Assembly: GCF_009914755.1 (NCBI RefSeq)
Contig: NC_060937.1
Length of the DNA: 64,000 nucleotides
Strand: one strand, 5' to 3'
Origin: the human T2T-CHM13v2.0 reference genome, Homo sapiens
In this document: positions 13,137-26,770 of the stretch, one piece after another
Numbering within the stretch: the first letter of the stretch is position 1
How the letters are laid out: the number at the start of each line of letters is the position of its first letter
The notes under the pieces: generated by a model
The model's input: only the letters and a program-made list of their open reading frames with translations
What the model was told of the DNA's origin: nothing
Databases searched by the model: none
Position numbers and translations under genes: made by a program

Positions 13137-13259
13137 GTTGCCCGAAGCTCAGCAGAGAGTCGGAGGCTGCTTTTTAAACCTGATGCCACAGATGAAAACC
13201 CTGTACCTCACGTATTGTGCCAATCACCCTTCTGCAGTGAATGTCCTCACGGAACACAG
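13137..13259 (+). CDS. ARHGEF7: ARHGEF7 (beta-PIX) coding exon, DH domain: [41 protein letters not shown]
   Basis: ttgcatttctccAG|GTTG ... CACAG|GTgcgc; 123 nt, phase 2-2; translation recognised as the beta-PIX DH domain; splices in frame to 19403. Earlier exons lie upstream of the window. Confidence 0.96.
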
Positions 13260-14682
13260 GTGCGCTTGCTAGGCACCTTGGCAACAGGGAGGGTGGATGG
13301 CTCTGTGTCCTTCAAATAGTGCATGAAATAGTATGATGCTAATAGTCCCTTGGTTATTAAAGGGTATGAATTTTAATTACCCCTCAAAATTAGTGCTTGA
13401 GAAGTACTGGTAAGAAGTCTTTAAAATGATGGTGAGTATTTTTGTAAAAAGACAAATCTTTTCAATGTTTTCCCTACAGCCTGAAGCCCTTTGGCTAATA
13501 GGTTGAAGGGGTTAGTAAGTGTTCTGGGGTGTAGCCACAAGCTTAGTCAAGGGTCCTGGAATCATATTTCAGTTCTTAAAACTGGAAGTACATGAGTCCG
13601 AGTTACATCAGCTGTAACAGAAAGTATCTCATTTCAGATTAATACAGGTTTTATACACAAAACATTACATTGGAGACCCTTAGCTTTTCATCCTGAAACT
13701 AAAAACAAGTGCAACAGAGAATGCACAGACGTTTTGCTTATTTTATGAAGCAAGACAGTGTCTGCTTCCTGCGAATTGGAGGAAGATGTTTCTCAGCTGT
13801 TTCAGTTACTGAGGAGGATCTCAGTCATTAGTGAGTGTTAAGAATTGATTTGTTTGAGGATTGGCTTGGAGGAGACCACACCGGGGCTTAGAGAGCTCAG
13901 AGGCTCACTTTCTGCTTCTAAAAAGATTTATATTAATGTTTTACAAAAAATTAATACAAAGATTTGTATTAATATTTTACAAAAAATTTCATAATTTCTT
14001 TTGAAAACAGAAATTCACACATTTTCAAAACCATAAATGGAAAAGTATTGTTTTAGTAGCATAAAGATAAATGCCATTGTCTTTCTAACTTAAGTATTTA
14101 ACTTCAGCTTAACCGAACATTTCCACTGAAAGCCTCGTCAGTGAACAGGTGTTGGTTGCCTCTTCAGAAGCACATTTGGGGCTCAGGTGTGGCGCTGCGT
14201 GGGTGTCCTAGGACAGCTCAGACATGGCAGCAGGGTGGACTCGGCTCTGGCTGTGGCTGCTCCCTTCAGGCTCTGCAGCCTTGGGCAGATTTCCTCCTGT
14301 CTCTGGGTTTCAGCTTCCTTTCCTGAAGGAACTCATTCACAGGGGTGTTACAAGCATTCAAGCTAAAACTGTCAGCAGGTCAGGTCAGGGTGAACGCACC
14401 AAATGCTCAGTGAATATTCTGTTGTCTTCTATTGTTTCTTCATTTTTTAATTTTTTTATTTTTTAAAAAAGACCCTGGATAGTTACTGTTTCCTGGGTGT
14501 GCTCAAATATAAAAGGATTAAGATTTTTTGAACTTCCTATTTGTTACTAAAGCATCTGCAGCCCTGAAAGGAAACAGCAGCCTTGAACAATGTAGTGAAA
14601 GGAAAGGAAGTTAGAACTCACAGCAGTGGCAGAAAAGGAAAACCCAAAGAACCCTCCCTCTGCACGTCCCGCTTGGGAGCGT

Positions 14683-14817
14683 GGGCCATGTCCGCAGCAT
14701 CTCCAAGCGTCCAGCATGTTTCCAGTTATGTGCTATGCCCCTACCCCTGGGCTGTGTCCACAGCGTCTCCAAGCGTCCAGCATGTTTCTAGTTATGCGCT
14801 ATGCCCCTACCCCTGGG
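14683..14817. repeat. Tandem duplication, 66 bp x2
   Basis: CTCCAAGCGTCCAGCATGTTTC..GTTATG.GCTATGCCCCTACCCCTGGG at 14701 and 14767. Confidence 0.9.
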
Positions 14818-17800
14818 AATTTATACATTGAATGAGATTTCCAGAAAGCGCAATGCAAGTGTTAAATTTGTATCTCTGGAAATTCTTCAAGAATTGTTGA
14901 TGGAGTCATGAGGAAGATGAACAGAAAGTTCATCTTTCTGAGGACCTGTCCTAAAGATGACATTGAAAGTCACTAGGACTGTTAGTTTCCTAAAATGCGA
15001 AGCCATTCAAGAGCAGTGCTTGCGGGCGTGTGCTGTGTTGATCCTCTTCTCTGTTATTACCTTAATGAGTGTGTTTGTCAGGTCTTAATGTACGTGTAGC
15101 ATTTTCCTGAAGTAACTAGAAGAAAGAATACAGGTGGGTTTTTGAGTCAGGAGGGTCTTTGTGCCTCCTTCCCAGGGCTGCCCAGAGAGTGGAGGGGCAG
15201 GCTGAGGCCCGCTCGGGACAGCAGCCCCGGGGCAAGTCACCATTGCTTTAGTGCTGGGAGTCAGAGCTGCGGCGAGAGGAAGGTCCCCCGAGCCAGCAGG
15301 TGCCGCCACTGTGGAACATGAAGCTTGTGTGCCCTCCCGAGGTCCCTGCACCACGAGAGTTCCCGCTGTGTTGGCCACAGATTCCTCCCCACCCCAAAGA
15401 CACAGCAGTGAATTGGGGTCAGGCTTCCCTGTGCCAAGGCTCCTTCCTACCTCCTGCCTTTGTACTTGGATTCTTTCTTGGTCCTCTTGCCAGCTTTTCC
15501 ATGTGTGTGACGGTCTTTAAGCTGCCACACCTGGGGTAGACTAATCTGCTCATGCTGTGGAGTAATTTTTAAGGATTGGTTCAAGTGCAGTGGGTTGAAG
15601 TTTAAAGTCTTATTTGCATCCTCACTGTCCTTGTGTTACTTGGGTTTAAGTTCTAAGTGTGAGCCCTGCGAGCGCAGAATGCCAACTCTGACCGTTTTAG
15701 CAGCTCAGACCTTCTGCAGCGTCCAGTGATGGCAGCAACACTTGTCCATGGCCAGCTATTTTGAATGAACTATGGGTGTCATAATTTAGCCTTTGAAAAT
15801 GATTTTTTTCCCAGCAGTTTGTTCCTCTGCACTTGGCTCCATGCTTGCATGTGTTTTGTGGCTGCCGTCAGCCCACAGCACTGTGTCGGTAAGGACTGAG
15901 GAGACCCACTGTGTACGGGCTGCTGGCATCAGCAGAACTGAAGCTGAAAGAGCAGTCTTTGGTCAGAGTAGCTGTAACTAGCTGTTTTGTTTTATTATGG
16001 CACTACTTTTTTTTTTTTTAACTTCAAACTGAAACTAAAACGATGATCCACAAACATTTATAAAATTTCATTTCCTTTTTAACTGTATTTGTTCTGGCAT
16101 TGTAAGAGTGTCTTGTGGATATTAGAAGGAGTTTTGCTTGCACATGTTTCACTTTTTTGGCTTCTGGGCTTTTTTTGAGGGAGTGGTGATGAGGGTAACT
16201 GTTTAGTTTTGTTAGTTTTTCTCTGCTGTACCGTAGTTAGGAAATTTCACAGGTAACCCTGAAATATAAATAATGACCTGAATGGATTTTTCCTTGATTC
16301 TTATTTTGGTGGAAAAGGTACTTATGTGGATTACATTTAAAGGAGTTGAAATATATTTTTAGTATCATAAAGTTTGATTTTCATGGGACTGCCTGATAAA
16401 TTCTCCAACACCTAGAGAATTGTTGGTAAAATATAAATTGCTCCTGTCTGAAGCCCTCATGTCACTCTATTCATGCTTTAGGAATGGATAGAGTGAGTAA
16501 TGGGAAGAGGAGCACTTCTGAGTAAGAACTGGGCGGAGGGGAGGGATGTGTGTGTGCGGAACAGGCTGCCCGTGGTCAGAGGGGCCGGCCATGCCATCCA
16601 CATAGCAGGGGTCCGCCTTGGGTGCAGAGCGTCAGCTGTTCTGCCGGCAGTGATGGTGTGGGCAGTGGCCTTCATGCAGGCCGTCGTCTGTATCACTTGC
16701 AAAATTGTAGGTCTGCCCCACCCAGTGATGTTTGGAGCATTGATGTCTGTGAGTGCCTGCCCTGGTGCCTAGCATGGTGAGCAGTCCTGTGGCTCCTCCT
16801 CTGTCCTTGTGGTCCTGCTGTCCACAGAGTGCTCACAGTTGCCCCAGCTGAGAAGGGGCGGGGGACAGTGGCTGTAGTGGCTGCAGCAGATGGGAGTCTG
16901 TCCTGGACCCTCCTCAGTTCCCCACCCATCTTCCCGGGGAAGGTGGATGCTGAGGAAAGAAGGCAGAGGACGTGTGCGTGTTTAGAAATGATAGGAACAC
17001 ATGCGGTGTGCTCATGGGCTCATGTCAATGCAGCCTGTACGGTGAGCAGGACACCTTGCTGTGCAGGTGTTACCCACAGCAGGCCCCTGAAGATGGCACT
17101 GTGCTTTATTTCAGTAATCTCCAGCCTGGGATTGTCTCAAGGAAATGATTTTTGGAAAGCACAAAGTTACAGACAAAAGATGTTGAGTTGTCTGTTGCCC
17201 ACAAAAGTGCACTTGCTCTCGTGCGTGCGTGCTCTCTCTCACAAAGACAGACACCACGTACACACACTCGGAAGTACTCTTGACAGTCTCTGTGCTACTA
17301 ATTTTTAAAACAGCATCAACACGATGGGCAGCCTTACAGAAATAATTATGAAGCCTTATATATGGAGTTGATAAAATGTTTCTTGTCTTAATTTTTTTAC
17401 AAGTGGATATATGCAACATTACCCTTTTTTATAATTTGCTTTAGTATTGATAATATCTGTTAAGTGTGTATATGTATGTGTTTATTGGAAGTATTTCTTG
17501 TTGGCAAGGGCAGACAGAGGTGCCGCACCCACATCGTTACTGTTTTTACACAGCATAGGACTGCACCCTGGCCTTGGTTAATGAGACCACCCTGGTTTTG
17601 TAGAAAGCGTTGAGATGTAAGTGGCCTTCTCAGAAGGTCTTACGTGCTTAGGAAGTGGAAGGCTGGTTTCCTAATGACTGTTTGGTTTTCAGCATGGTGT
17701 TTGAATCGGTTTCATTGGAGGACATTCTCCCTGGCTGCCCTGGCAGGGGATCCACATGGAATAAGGAGGGTGAGAAGCGGGAAGGGCTGGCACCACCCTG

Positions 17801-18682
17801 GCTCTCAGTCCTCCTTATGGGAAGCTGTGTTTAGGTTGAACTCTCTGAAACTGTTAATGTTCACTATTTGTGGACTCAGTTTCCTCTGGGTTAGCCAAAA
17901 CACTGTCTATCTTTTCCCCGGGAGCCCTTGATGGTTCTGGTGTCCCCGAGACCTCTGGCAGTAGCCAGCTTGGCTGGGGTGGTGCGGTGGGAGGCTCCTG
18001 TGAGACCAGAACCGGAAATTGGCTTGTTTCTCAGTTTTGCTGTTAGGATTTTCATGTTTATTTTAGGACATCGTTTACATAATGAGGATATAAAAGTATC
18101 TTTTCCTTTTAAGGGAAAACCTCTAGACTAGGAAAATTTGTTCCTAGGATTTGTGCCATGGGTATCATTTGAACCAAGCTCTGCTGACTAGAGACCCCTA
18201 TCTTCTAGGATGGGGCGTGGTGATGGGGCGGGGGTCACCTGGGTCTCCTGGATGGGATGTGGTGACTGAGAAGTCATCCTGGTCTGGACCTGGCATCGGC
18301 TGCCAGCGCTGGTGCTGCCTCCCCTCCTTTCTGTGGGCTGTACACTGTCAGATGTGTGGACTGATGGCACATGCAATTTGAGGGACAGCAGACCCAGGGC
18401 CTGACAGAGACCTCAGAGATCGCCAGTGAAGGGGTGTTGCGGTCAGGTGACTGTCAGCCTTAACAAACGTGTGGGTGAAGAGCTGGACCCCCCACAGAAG
18501 CCTGCCCGTGTCCTCTGCCACAGCCATGGGAACTCTGAGGACAAAGATGACACACATGAGGACCCACTGTAGGGAAAGATAGGCGAGGCACTGTGAAGGG
18601 GATGGTTGAAGAGGAATACAGAAAGTTCTAAAACTTGTTTCTGACTCTTTAATTTTGGGATATGCACTGTTTCTATGTCCAT

Positions 18683-18865
18683 ACACAGGGACACCTTCCT
18701 TCCTTACGTGTTGTGAGGATTGAATGTAACAATGCTTTTGAAGTTCTAAAGCGTAAATCAACATTCGCTGTCTGCACACAGGGACCCCTTTCTTCCTCAC
18801 GTATTGTGAGGATTAAACTTAAAGCTTTTGAAGTTCTGAAGCCTAAATCAGCGTTTGCTCTCTTC
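18683..18865. repeat. Diverged tandem duplication, ~93 bp x2, with a MIR-like core
   Basis: ACACAGGGAC...TTGTGAGGATT...GCTTTTGAAGTTCT.AAGC.TAAATCA starting at 18683 and 18776. Confidence 0.8.
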
Positions 18866-19402
18866 TCTTGCTGCTTCTCGTGCTCCTCACCCCAAGAGCC
18901 ATTGCCTACTCCCAGGCTGAGTGCTGGCAGCACATAGGTGGGGCCTGCTCGCTGGACGAACTCGCATCTGGGGATGACTACCATCAGTGTGCTCTAGCTC
19001 TTTACCGGAGCAGCTCGGTCCTTGTTCTACCACCTTGAGACTCTGAGATTATTGGAATCCATTCTGGCTCTGAGTGTGCATGTTTCCATTGGATATGTCT
19101 GCATGGCACTGATGTGCTGGAGGACCTCGCCATCAGTAGGATCTCATGGAGACCCACATGTCCTGTGCTGTGTATAGTTATTGTTGCTCATATGAGAGCA
19201 GGAACGGGACCCCTTAGGGATGGGAGTCCCCTTTGGCATTTCCAGATAAGCAGCGCAGATTTGGGATAAAAGCTGGAGCCTTCCAGATGTTAAAAGCAAC
19301 ACTTATGTTTCATAAATTCTGGCTGTTGCTCATGGAGATGAGAGAGCCACCATTGTCTCTCATTGCTAACCACGAGTGTCTCTCTTGCCACTTGCTGCCC
19401 AG

Positions 19403-19541
19403 TGAGGAGTTGGGGGAGTTCATGGAGACCAAAGGTGCCAGCAGCCCTGGGATTCTCGTGCTGACCACGGGCCTGAGCAAACCCTTCATGCGCCTGGATA
19501 AATACCCTACGCTGCTCAAAGAGCTCGAGAGACACATGGAG
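19403..19541 (+). CDS. ARHGEF7: ARHGEF7 coding exon, DH domain: EELGEFMETKGASSPGILVLTTGLSKPFMRLDKYPTLLKELERHME
   Basis: ttgctgcccAG|TGAG ... ATGGAG|GTactg; 139 nt; lies within ORF 19233-19610; DH CR3 motif KPFMRLDKYPTLLKEL. Confidence 0.97.
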
Positions 19542-19959
19542 GTACTGCGCTTTCATTCTCTTACTTGGAGTCCTTACCAAGGGTTAGTGGCATGGTCAGA
19601 CTTACTGTGAAAGAAAGTATTATTCATGATTTATTTTAGAAGCCAGAACCAACAGAGTTTACAAAGAGTTTTGTTAAATATTATGTTTTTCTCCTTATTC
19701 CAGCTCTATTAGAAAACATTTACCCCTTATCTCTCTTTTACCCACTGCTGCTGATTGAAAAGTTTCCAAAAGCTGAAACATGAGAACTGATTTTCAGATA
19801 GTGTTGAGATGTCTTACCTGGATCATCCAGCTACAAACAATGTGTGCATAGGTTATAGGGTAATACTGTACTAATCATTTGATGAATGATTGTGCTCTTT
19901 TAATTTTGAATAACAGGTTGCAGCCTAGCAGAAATTTGGGTTGAAGTTACTCTCTTGGC

Positions 19960-20090
19960 TTGAGTTGGCAAACCTTTTCTATAAGGGGGCAGACTGTAGG
20001 GTCTTCTTCACGGCTACACAGCTCTGCCATTTTAGATACTGTATGTGAGCCGTGGCAGTGTTCCAATAAGACTTTATTGATGAAGCAAGT
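19960..20090 (+). mobile_element. MER58-like hAT-Charlie fragment
   Basis: GTTGGCAAACCTTTTCTATAAGGGGGCAGA...CAGCTCTGCCATT...GTGTTCCAATAAGACTTTATT. Confidence 0.6.
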
Positions 20091-20319
20091 GTTGGCTTCC
20101 CCACCCCTGCTGCTTGTGACTGTTCTCTTCCAACTTATATTTCCCCAAAGTCTAATGGCTTCGTGATTTGCTGAAAGACTGACACTTTAATGCTGAGGGA
20201 AAAAGGGAATGTTAAGGGTTGAAAAGTGTTAGAAAAGTTTCAAGCTGGTCTGTAGAAAGTACCTTTTTAAGAAAAGCTTTTCCTTATGAAAGCTAATTGT
20301 ATGTTTCTTTTACTCAAAG

Positions 20320-20379
20320 GATTATCATACAGATAGACAAGATATTCAAAAATCCATGGCTGCCTTCAAAAACCTTTCA
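20320..20379 (+). CDS. ARHGEF7: ARHGEF7 coding exon: DYHTDRQDIQKSMAAFKNLS
   Basis: tttcttttactcaaAG|GAT ... CTTTCA|GTaagt; 60 nt, phase 0-0. Confidence 0.96.
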
Positions 20380-21120
20380 GTAAGTGATTAAGCATATTGT
20401 TTTCCCCCCCAGACATTATTGTGACAAATGAATGTAAAAGAATTATCAACTGAAAAAGTCAAATGATTAAAAAATGACTTGTGCTGACATGAAAGAAAAA
20501 CAGAGTCGGCATTCTGTGGCTGGTAAACTCCTTTTAGTGGACTATGATAGAATAATTATTTAAATTTTTTAAAGTCACTGTGTAATTGATGTTAGATCTA
20601 CTTTAAAATTGTTTAAAACATTTTTTTACCCTTCATTCATGTTGTCTTTAATGATTTATTGCAAAACAGAACAATGGTGGTTCCATTTTCTCTGCTGTTG
20701 TGTTGTCTTACCAACTGCGTTTTGGAAATATATGGCCTTATTTTATAGCACAAGTTATACTTTCTGTTTCTTCTTTTCAGTCTTCCATATTGGCAAACAC
20801 GAACAAAACCAGAATGAAAATACAGTTCTTGTCCTGTCCACATTTCTTTTTTGTACAAGTGGCAAAATGTGCTCTATCTTTCTAAAATAATACTTAGTAT
20901 TCCAGAGCAGTTGTGTGTGTTGCTTCTCTTAACTTGGTTTCATACTTCTAAGCAAATACTTTCAATTCCCTATAATTAAGCAAATCGCTCAATAAATTAT
21001 CTGTCTGAAGAAGTAAGATATAAAGCAATAATTGTCTTAAGGATGATACAAAGCAATGTGGCCGGAACTTAACATTCTGAAAGTTTATGTCTGTTAACAG
21101 TGTTGTTCTGTGTCTGTCAG

Positions 21121-21267
21121 GCCCAATGTCAAGAAGTCCGGAAGAGGAAAGAGCTTGAGCTGCAGATCCTGACGGAAGCCATCCGGAACTGGGAGGGCGA
21201 TGACATTAAAACTCTGGGCAACGTCACTTACATGTCCCAGGTCCTGATTCAGTGTGCCGGAAGTGAG
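21121..21267 (+). CDS. ARHGEF7: ARHGEF7 coding exon, DH-PH junction: [49 protein letters not shown]
   Basis: tgtctgtcAG|GCC ... AGTGAG|GTactg; 147 nt, phase 0-0. Confidence 0.97.
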
Positions 21268-23175
21268 GTACTGCTGCCCACATGCACGCACCAGGGTTTC
21301 TGTCCCACTCTTAGGAGCTCATAGCAGAAGATTTTAAAGGCATCTCAAGCGATGAAAAATGTCTAATAGAAGCTCTATCTTATAATTTGTGAGCTACTTT
21401 TTATTCTTGACACAGGAGAGAGGCTTATGGCATGTTAGAGAGGCTTAGAGCTGAGTGTGGACTTGTTGATCAGTTTGATCCAGCTGAAGTCAGTGTGGCC
21501 CGAAGCCCACGTGAACTGAAGGATAGATAGTGTGCAGAAAGACTTGCAGGAGTCCTGTGCACACATCCGCATGGAGCTGTATGCGCTTATCTGGCCAGCA
21601 ACTTTGTACCAAGGCTCACTCTCACAGGGACCTGCTGCTCTCAATGCTTTCGGGTCATTATACTTTCCTGTGAAAGTATGCTAGCTGACATATGCTTACA
21701 GGAGTCACAGTTTTCTTACAGGTTTGGTTTAAGTGAGAGATCAACCCAGATTTTTGGGACATACCCACCCACACAGTGAAAATCGAGCAGTTTGTTTCAT
21801 GATTCACATTGACATACATTCAATGGGTCACTGAACAGGCACCTCTTTTTGAATTTTATTCTACCTTTGCAAAAATAACATGATCAAAACATGCGAAATG
21901 ACTCATTTTTGAACACAAGACTCCAAGGAGAATAAGAAAACTAAAACTTCAAACTTATATAGTGTGTTTTCCTTTCCACCTGTAAAATATCACCCCTTCT
22001 ACATAGTCTTGTAGTTTGGGTACCATAAGAAACCATGATTATAAAAACTTCACATCTTTTCAGAAGAAGTTTCTTTTTGAGTCATGCTCTTTTAAACTTT
22101 AATCTGTGGAAACATTTCCCAAAGTGTGTTCTTTATAATATTAGATCTATACAGCACTGGTGGGTGTTACTCCAAAATGCTTCAGAGTGGTTCTGATCAC
22201 GACTGAACGTAATTAGTGGAAAAGATTCTTTATGATAGAGCTCCTCAGAGACTTGGCTGTGAATGTTCCCAATGTATGTTGTGATTCTTCAAGAGGGGAA
22301 TATAGCAAGTCGTTCTCAGTGACTTCTTTAAAGTACGGAAGACTCTTTTCTCAAGGTGCTTTGCATAAGCCTAATGTTCTGAGGAATATACTTGGGGAAA
22401 CTAATTCCTAGGACTGATTTCACTTTTTTGGGCCGTAGTTTAAATGTCAACATGTGAAAAGGACTGTGGCATTTTTTTGTCTCTTTTTGGATTCTTAGGA
22501 ACTTTTTTCTTTCACTTATGGTCTCTTTGGCTTTTATCTTACTGAAGCAAATGATTTTTAATACATAAGTAATACTTTTAAGTCTGATGTAAACCAGGTG
22601 ATGTTTATGGGGTGGATGAAAACAACACTGAGTCGACATTTGGGAGGTTTGGGAAGTGCCAGGAATTACTAGTAGACCAAAATTGATTTTAACATTTTAT
22701 CCTTTCTTTAGCTTAAAGACTCCACCTGTTCCCCCTGACCCCATTAAAATTTATAGGTTCTCTCCTTTTTCTCTGAACCAGAAAAAGAAAATTTTAGCTT
22801 ACCTGAAAATAGTTAATCACAGAGCTGAACTCTTTAACCAAATATAGTTTCAAGATGTTACACAGGCTAATTGTGAGTCCAGGATCTTTTAATCAGTCCG
22901 TTTACTTTCTTACCTTTTGTTTTTTGAAGAATTTGGAAGTCCTTCTCTTTACCTATATGTTAAAGCTCTCTCATAATCATATGTTAAGACTTAATACAGA
23001 ATTTATCATAATTGTTTCCATTTAATTTACCTGATAAAACTTGATAGAAATACCTAAACGAGAAATATCATGTAATGTTTCATAGGGCCTAGTATAAATA
23101 AGTGAAGTATTTGTGCTCACATTTGTTAAGTAGATGTTTTTTAAGAAATGTTTTGGATTTCTTTTTTTGTATTAG

Positions 23176-23262
23176 GAAAAGAATGAAAGATATCTTCTAC
23201 TCTTCCCAAATGTTTTGCTAATGTTGTCTGCCAGTCCTAGGATGAGTGGCTTTATCTATCAG
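23176..23262 (+). CDS. ARHGEF7: ARHGEF7 coding exon, PH domain: [29 protein letters not shown]
   Basis: ttttttgtattAG|GAA ... TATCAG|GTaaaa; 87 nt, phase 0-0. Confidence 0.97.
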
Positions 23263-24857
23263 GTAAAACACAATTTAAATTTATATTTTATTGTGGATCT
23301 GAGGATAATTTCAAACTGGCTTTGAATTTTGTGTTAAATATTACGTGTATCTATCTGTGTATGTGCTGTGTGTGTAGTGCTGTATATTCAGATATGGACG
23401 TACAGCTCCTGTTTGTGTTTCGTTGTGACTGCAAGCATATCCTATGTTAATTTCAAAAAAGGAAAGAAGTGTAAACTGTAGAGCAACCTCATAAGGACAC
23501 AGACTACTGTGGCACAAGTCAGTCTCTGTCATTGCCTTCTGTCGTTTCATGCAAAATACCTTGCTCCTCCTTGCTATGGTTTTATTCTGTGAAATTGGTT
23601 CAAGTAGGGCTTGTGGGTTAGTGGGGTAGTGTAGACTAAGATCTTGTGTCAGTGGCACGGCACCGCCCAAATGCATCAGCAAACAGAAAGTGATGTAAGG
23701 GTGTAAGTAGCAGTGTGTGATCGTTGAACCTTTTTAATTTTTGTTTCCCTGCTTCTCTTTGAGAAAATGTGACAGCAGATTTGGGAAGGAGGTGCAAGGG
23801 TGAGCAGGGCCTTTTCTGTTGCGACAGTGGTTTATAGTGGTGGTATATGAAGGAGCTGGTATTTTCGCTGTCTGTCTAGTAGATGCACTTGGCAGGTTTC
23901 ATTCTTCTTTTTCTGGGAAGTTACAGAGGCTCATATCCTTCCCATCAACTTTCTGAGGACTGGCCAGTCACCACGTAACCACTGCAGCAGAAGCCGCCAC
24001 TTCGTGTTCTCTGGGTTGCATTTCATTGTAGCACGTGTTGTTTTGTGTTGGCGCAGCAAGGACGTTCAAGATCCCTAAGCAGACACTATGCCCTCACAGA
24101 GGCTCTGCCGACACCCAGAGAGGACTTGTGGCCATACGCTTACACCAACACACGTGCTTTAGAATTGGTGAATCACATATGTAGGAACAGACTCAGGAAA
24201 GTAAGGCTGTAGTTTGTTAGGCCACTGCTGAAGAGAGGTGATCTGTGGCTAGGATAGTGCCCACTACAGTTTCCCCCAAACTAGCAGCTACTTCTGTGTT
24301 AAATGACCTTGATAAACCTAAATCTCTGTCCTTTCTGGTCAGCACTATCTGGCTTCCGATTTTATATCCCCAGAATCTCATTCCAGTGGCTGGAGGCAGG
24401 GGCCTTCTCTAACCTAAGGAGAGAAGAGGTTGTCACTTGTGGCAGGCTTGAGTCTCTGCCTGTGTGGCTGGTGCTTACACTGGATTTGCCCTTGATGTGT
24501 TGACAGACTGCTGGAGCTCATCTCAACAACAGGATTTTATTTTTCCATTCTTAGCACAGTGGTGACCCATGGTCTCTGTATCATTGGTATCCGTTTCTAC
24601 CATTAGAACACTGGCTTTGGGGGATGCCAAAAAGTGTTCGGTCCAGCCACAGTCATAGTGTTCTATACACCGATGTTCAGAGGGGCTAGGTTAAACACAG
24701 TTGTGCGGTTTCATTTTCTGTAGGACTTACAGCTGTTAAAGTACTTATATGCATTACGAATCTTGGAAAGGAGTTCACAGTGTGTAGCATTTTTTAAATA
24801 CGCTTGGCCACAGAAGTGTCCAGCAGTCTCCTCTTCCACCGGCCATGCTTTAGGATG

Positions 24858-25062
24858 AGATTTCTCAGCCTGGGCACTGCTGACGTTCTGGACTGGATCG
24901 TTCATGGCCAGGGGCTGAGGGTCTCGGTGAGACTGTCCTGGGCACTGTAGGGTATCAGCAGCCTCTCTGGCCCTTACTTGCTGGAGGTCTGAGCCCCTGC
25001 CAGGTTGTGGCACTGCCACCCATTCTCTGTGGGGGCACGTTCCCCACACCAGTTGAGCAGCA
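24858..25062 (-). mobile_element. MER20 hAT-Charlie DNA transposon relic
   Basis: TTTCTCAGCCTGGGCACTGCTGACGTTCTGGACTGGAT...CTGTCCTGGGCACTGTAGGG...AGCAGCCTCTCTGGCCC resembles the reverse complement of MER20. Confidence 0.7.
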
Positions 25063-25860
25063 CTCCGTCTGGAGGTGCTTATGTAGAATCCTGCTCCGCA
25101 GCTGATGGAGTGCTCCCCAGGCAGCGCTGCCCAGACGCCCACTGCCTCTTCCTGCGGACTTGGTGGGCCACCATGTACTGTGGTTTCTGTCAGCTGTGCC
25201 AGGATGTTTTGTGTTCACTTCTGACTTGTTTGTAATGATCACTTTGTACCCCCTTTCTGGTATCTTTCCATTGACATTTCCTGGTGCAGTTACCGATTTC
25301 TTCTGTTTTCAGGGAGCACTGGTTTGCCAACCATTTTGTGCATTGTGTGCAGCATTTAGCACAACTACTTATTTTCTGTTTTACAAAGTAGAATGTTATG
25401 AAATTCTTGTTCTTGCCTCAATTTCCCACCCTTATTTTGACTTTAAACTTGGAACTTCCTCTGCATTTCTTTACGAGGAAAATACATGGTTCTTTTCTGC
25501 AAAAACATCATTTAAAACAACTGTTATACACGGTAGTTTTTTAAAAATCATAATGTGTGATGTCTTTTGTCCTGGTGTCTATGTTTAGTAGCAGCTCATC
25601 AGATACAGTGTGTGTTTGGGCTTGTCACTCTGTCCCTTGTCGCCAGTTGAGTTTCTTGCTTACAGTACAGTATTATAATTTATTATTTGAGATAAAAATT
25701 TTTGTATTATACACACATCTGCTACAAATGAGCTTTTTTTGGTTCACAAACACAGTTCCTCCACCAATTCTAAAATCATTTAATATTGACTTTAATAATG
25801 GTACCTTTTTCTAGAAAAGCACTAATTGTTTTTTTTTTTGTGGGGGGGGGTCTTTTTTAG

Positions 25861-25939
25861 GGAAAGCTTCCAACGACAGGAATGACAATCACAAAGCTTG
25901 AGGACAGTGAAAATCATAGAAATGCATTTGAAATATCAG
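25861..25939 (+). CDS. ARHGEF7: ARHGEF7 coding exon, PH domain: GKLPTTGMTITKLEDSENHRNAFEIS(G)
   Basis: tcttttttAG|GGA ... TCAG|GTgata; 79 nt, phase 0-1. Confidence 0.97.
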
Positions 25940-26126
25940 GTGATAGGCACAAGCTGTGTGAGTGCTGTGTCTCGGGGAGGAGAGGCAGCTTGTCCCCGCG
26001 TGCAGATTCTTGCTTGCGTATTTCAGAAGGTGGTGTTTAAGCGCTGAGTGGAATTCTGGGGGGTGTGCACGCACGTGCTTTTTACCTGTGTTTCCACTCG
26101 GCCTATTTTTTCCTTCTCTCCTATAG

Positions 26127-26266
26127 GGAGCATGATTGAGCGGATATTAGTGTCATGCAACAACCAGCAGGATCTGCAGGAATGGGTGGAGCACCTACAG
26201 AAGCAAACGAAGGTCACGTCTGTGGGAAACCCCACCATAAAGCCTCATTCAGTGCCATCTCATACC
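26127..26266 (+). CDS. ARHGEF7: ARHGEF7 coding exon, end of PH domain: GSMIERILVSCNNQQDLQEWVEHLQKQTKVTSVGNPTIKPHSVPSHT
   Basis: ccttctctcctatAG|GG ... CATACC|GTaagg; 140 nt, phase 1-0; follows a 187-nt intron. Confidence 0.97.
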
Positions 26267-26766
26267 GTAAGGACTTGGTGCTTCTCCTCCTTCCAGACTC
26301 CAGGCGTGGCATCCCGTGGCTGAGCTGTCAGCAAGTGATCAGTTGCTTTAAAACCTAATCAATATTTGGATAAAAAGTGCAAAACACTTGCTTCACATTT
26401 CTCTGCAGATCTTTGGCCCTCTTCGTGCAGTAGTGAATTGTTTTCCAATGAGTGTTCTCGAGAAACAACCCTGAATTGTGCCTCCTCACGCACAGTTCAG
26501 AGGTGCTTGGGTGGGAAGCTGCTTCTGCTCCATGTGGCCCTAGAAGACTGATTTAGGGGAGTTTTACACTCAACTATAGATGATTTTTCTGAGAATTTTA
26601 ACTGTTTATTATGCTTCATTTAAGAAAACAAAAAATAAATGATTATGATGATGAAAAGGGCCAGACTCATGTTGAAGGCATTAAAAGAATTTATGACACA
26701 CTGTTGATTTTAAGAAATTGAGGTGTCTTTTACTTAGAAAAGCTCAACAAGTCTTTGGATATTTAG

Positions 26767-26770
<4 letters not shown>

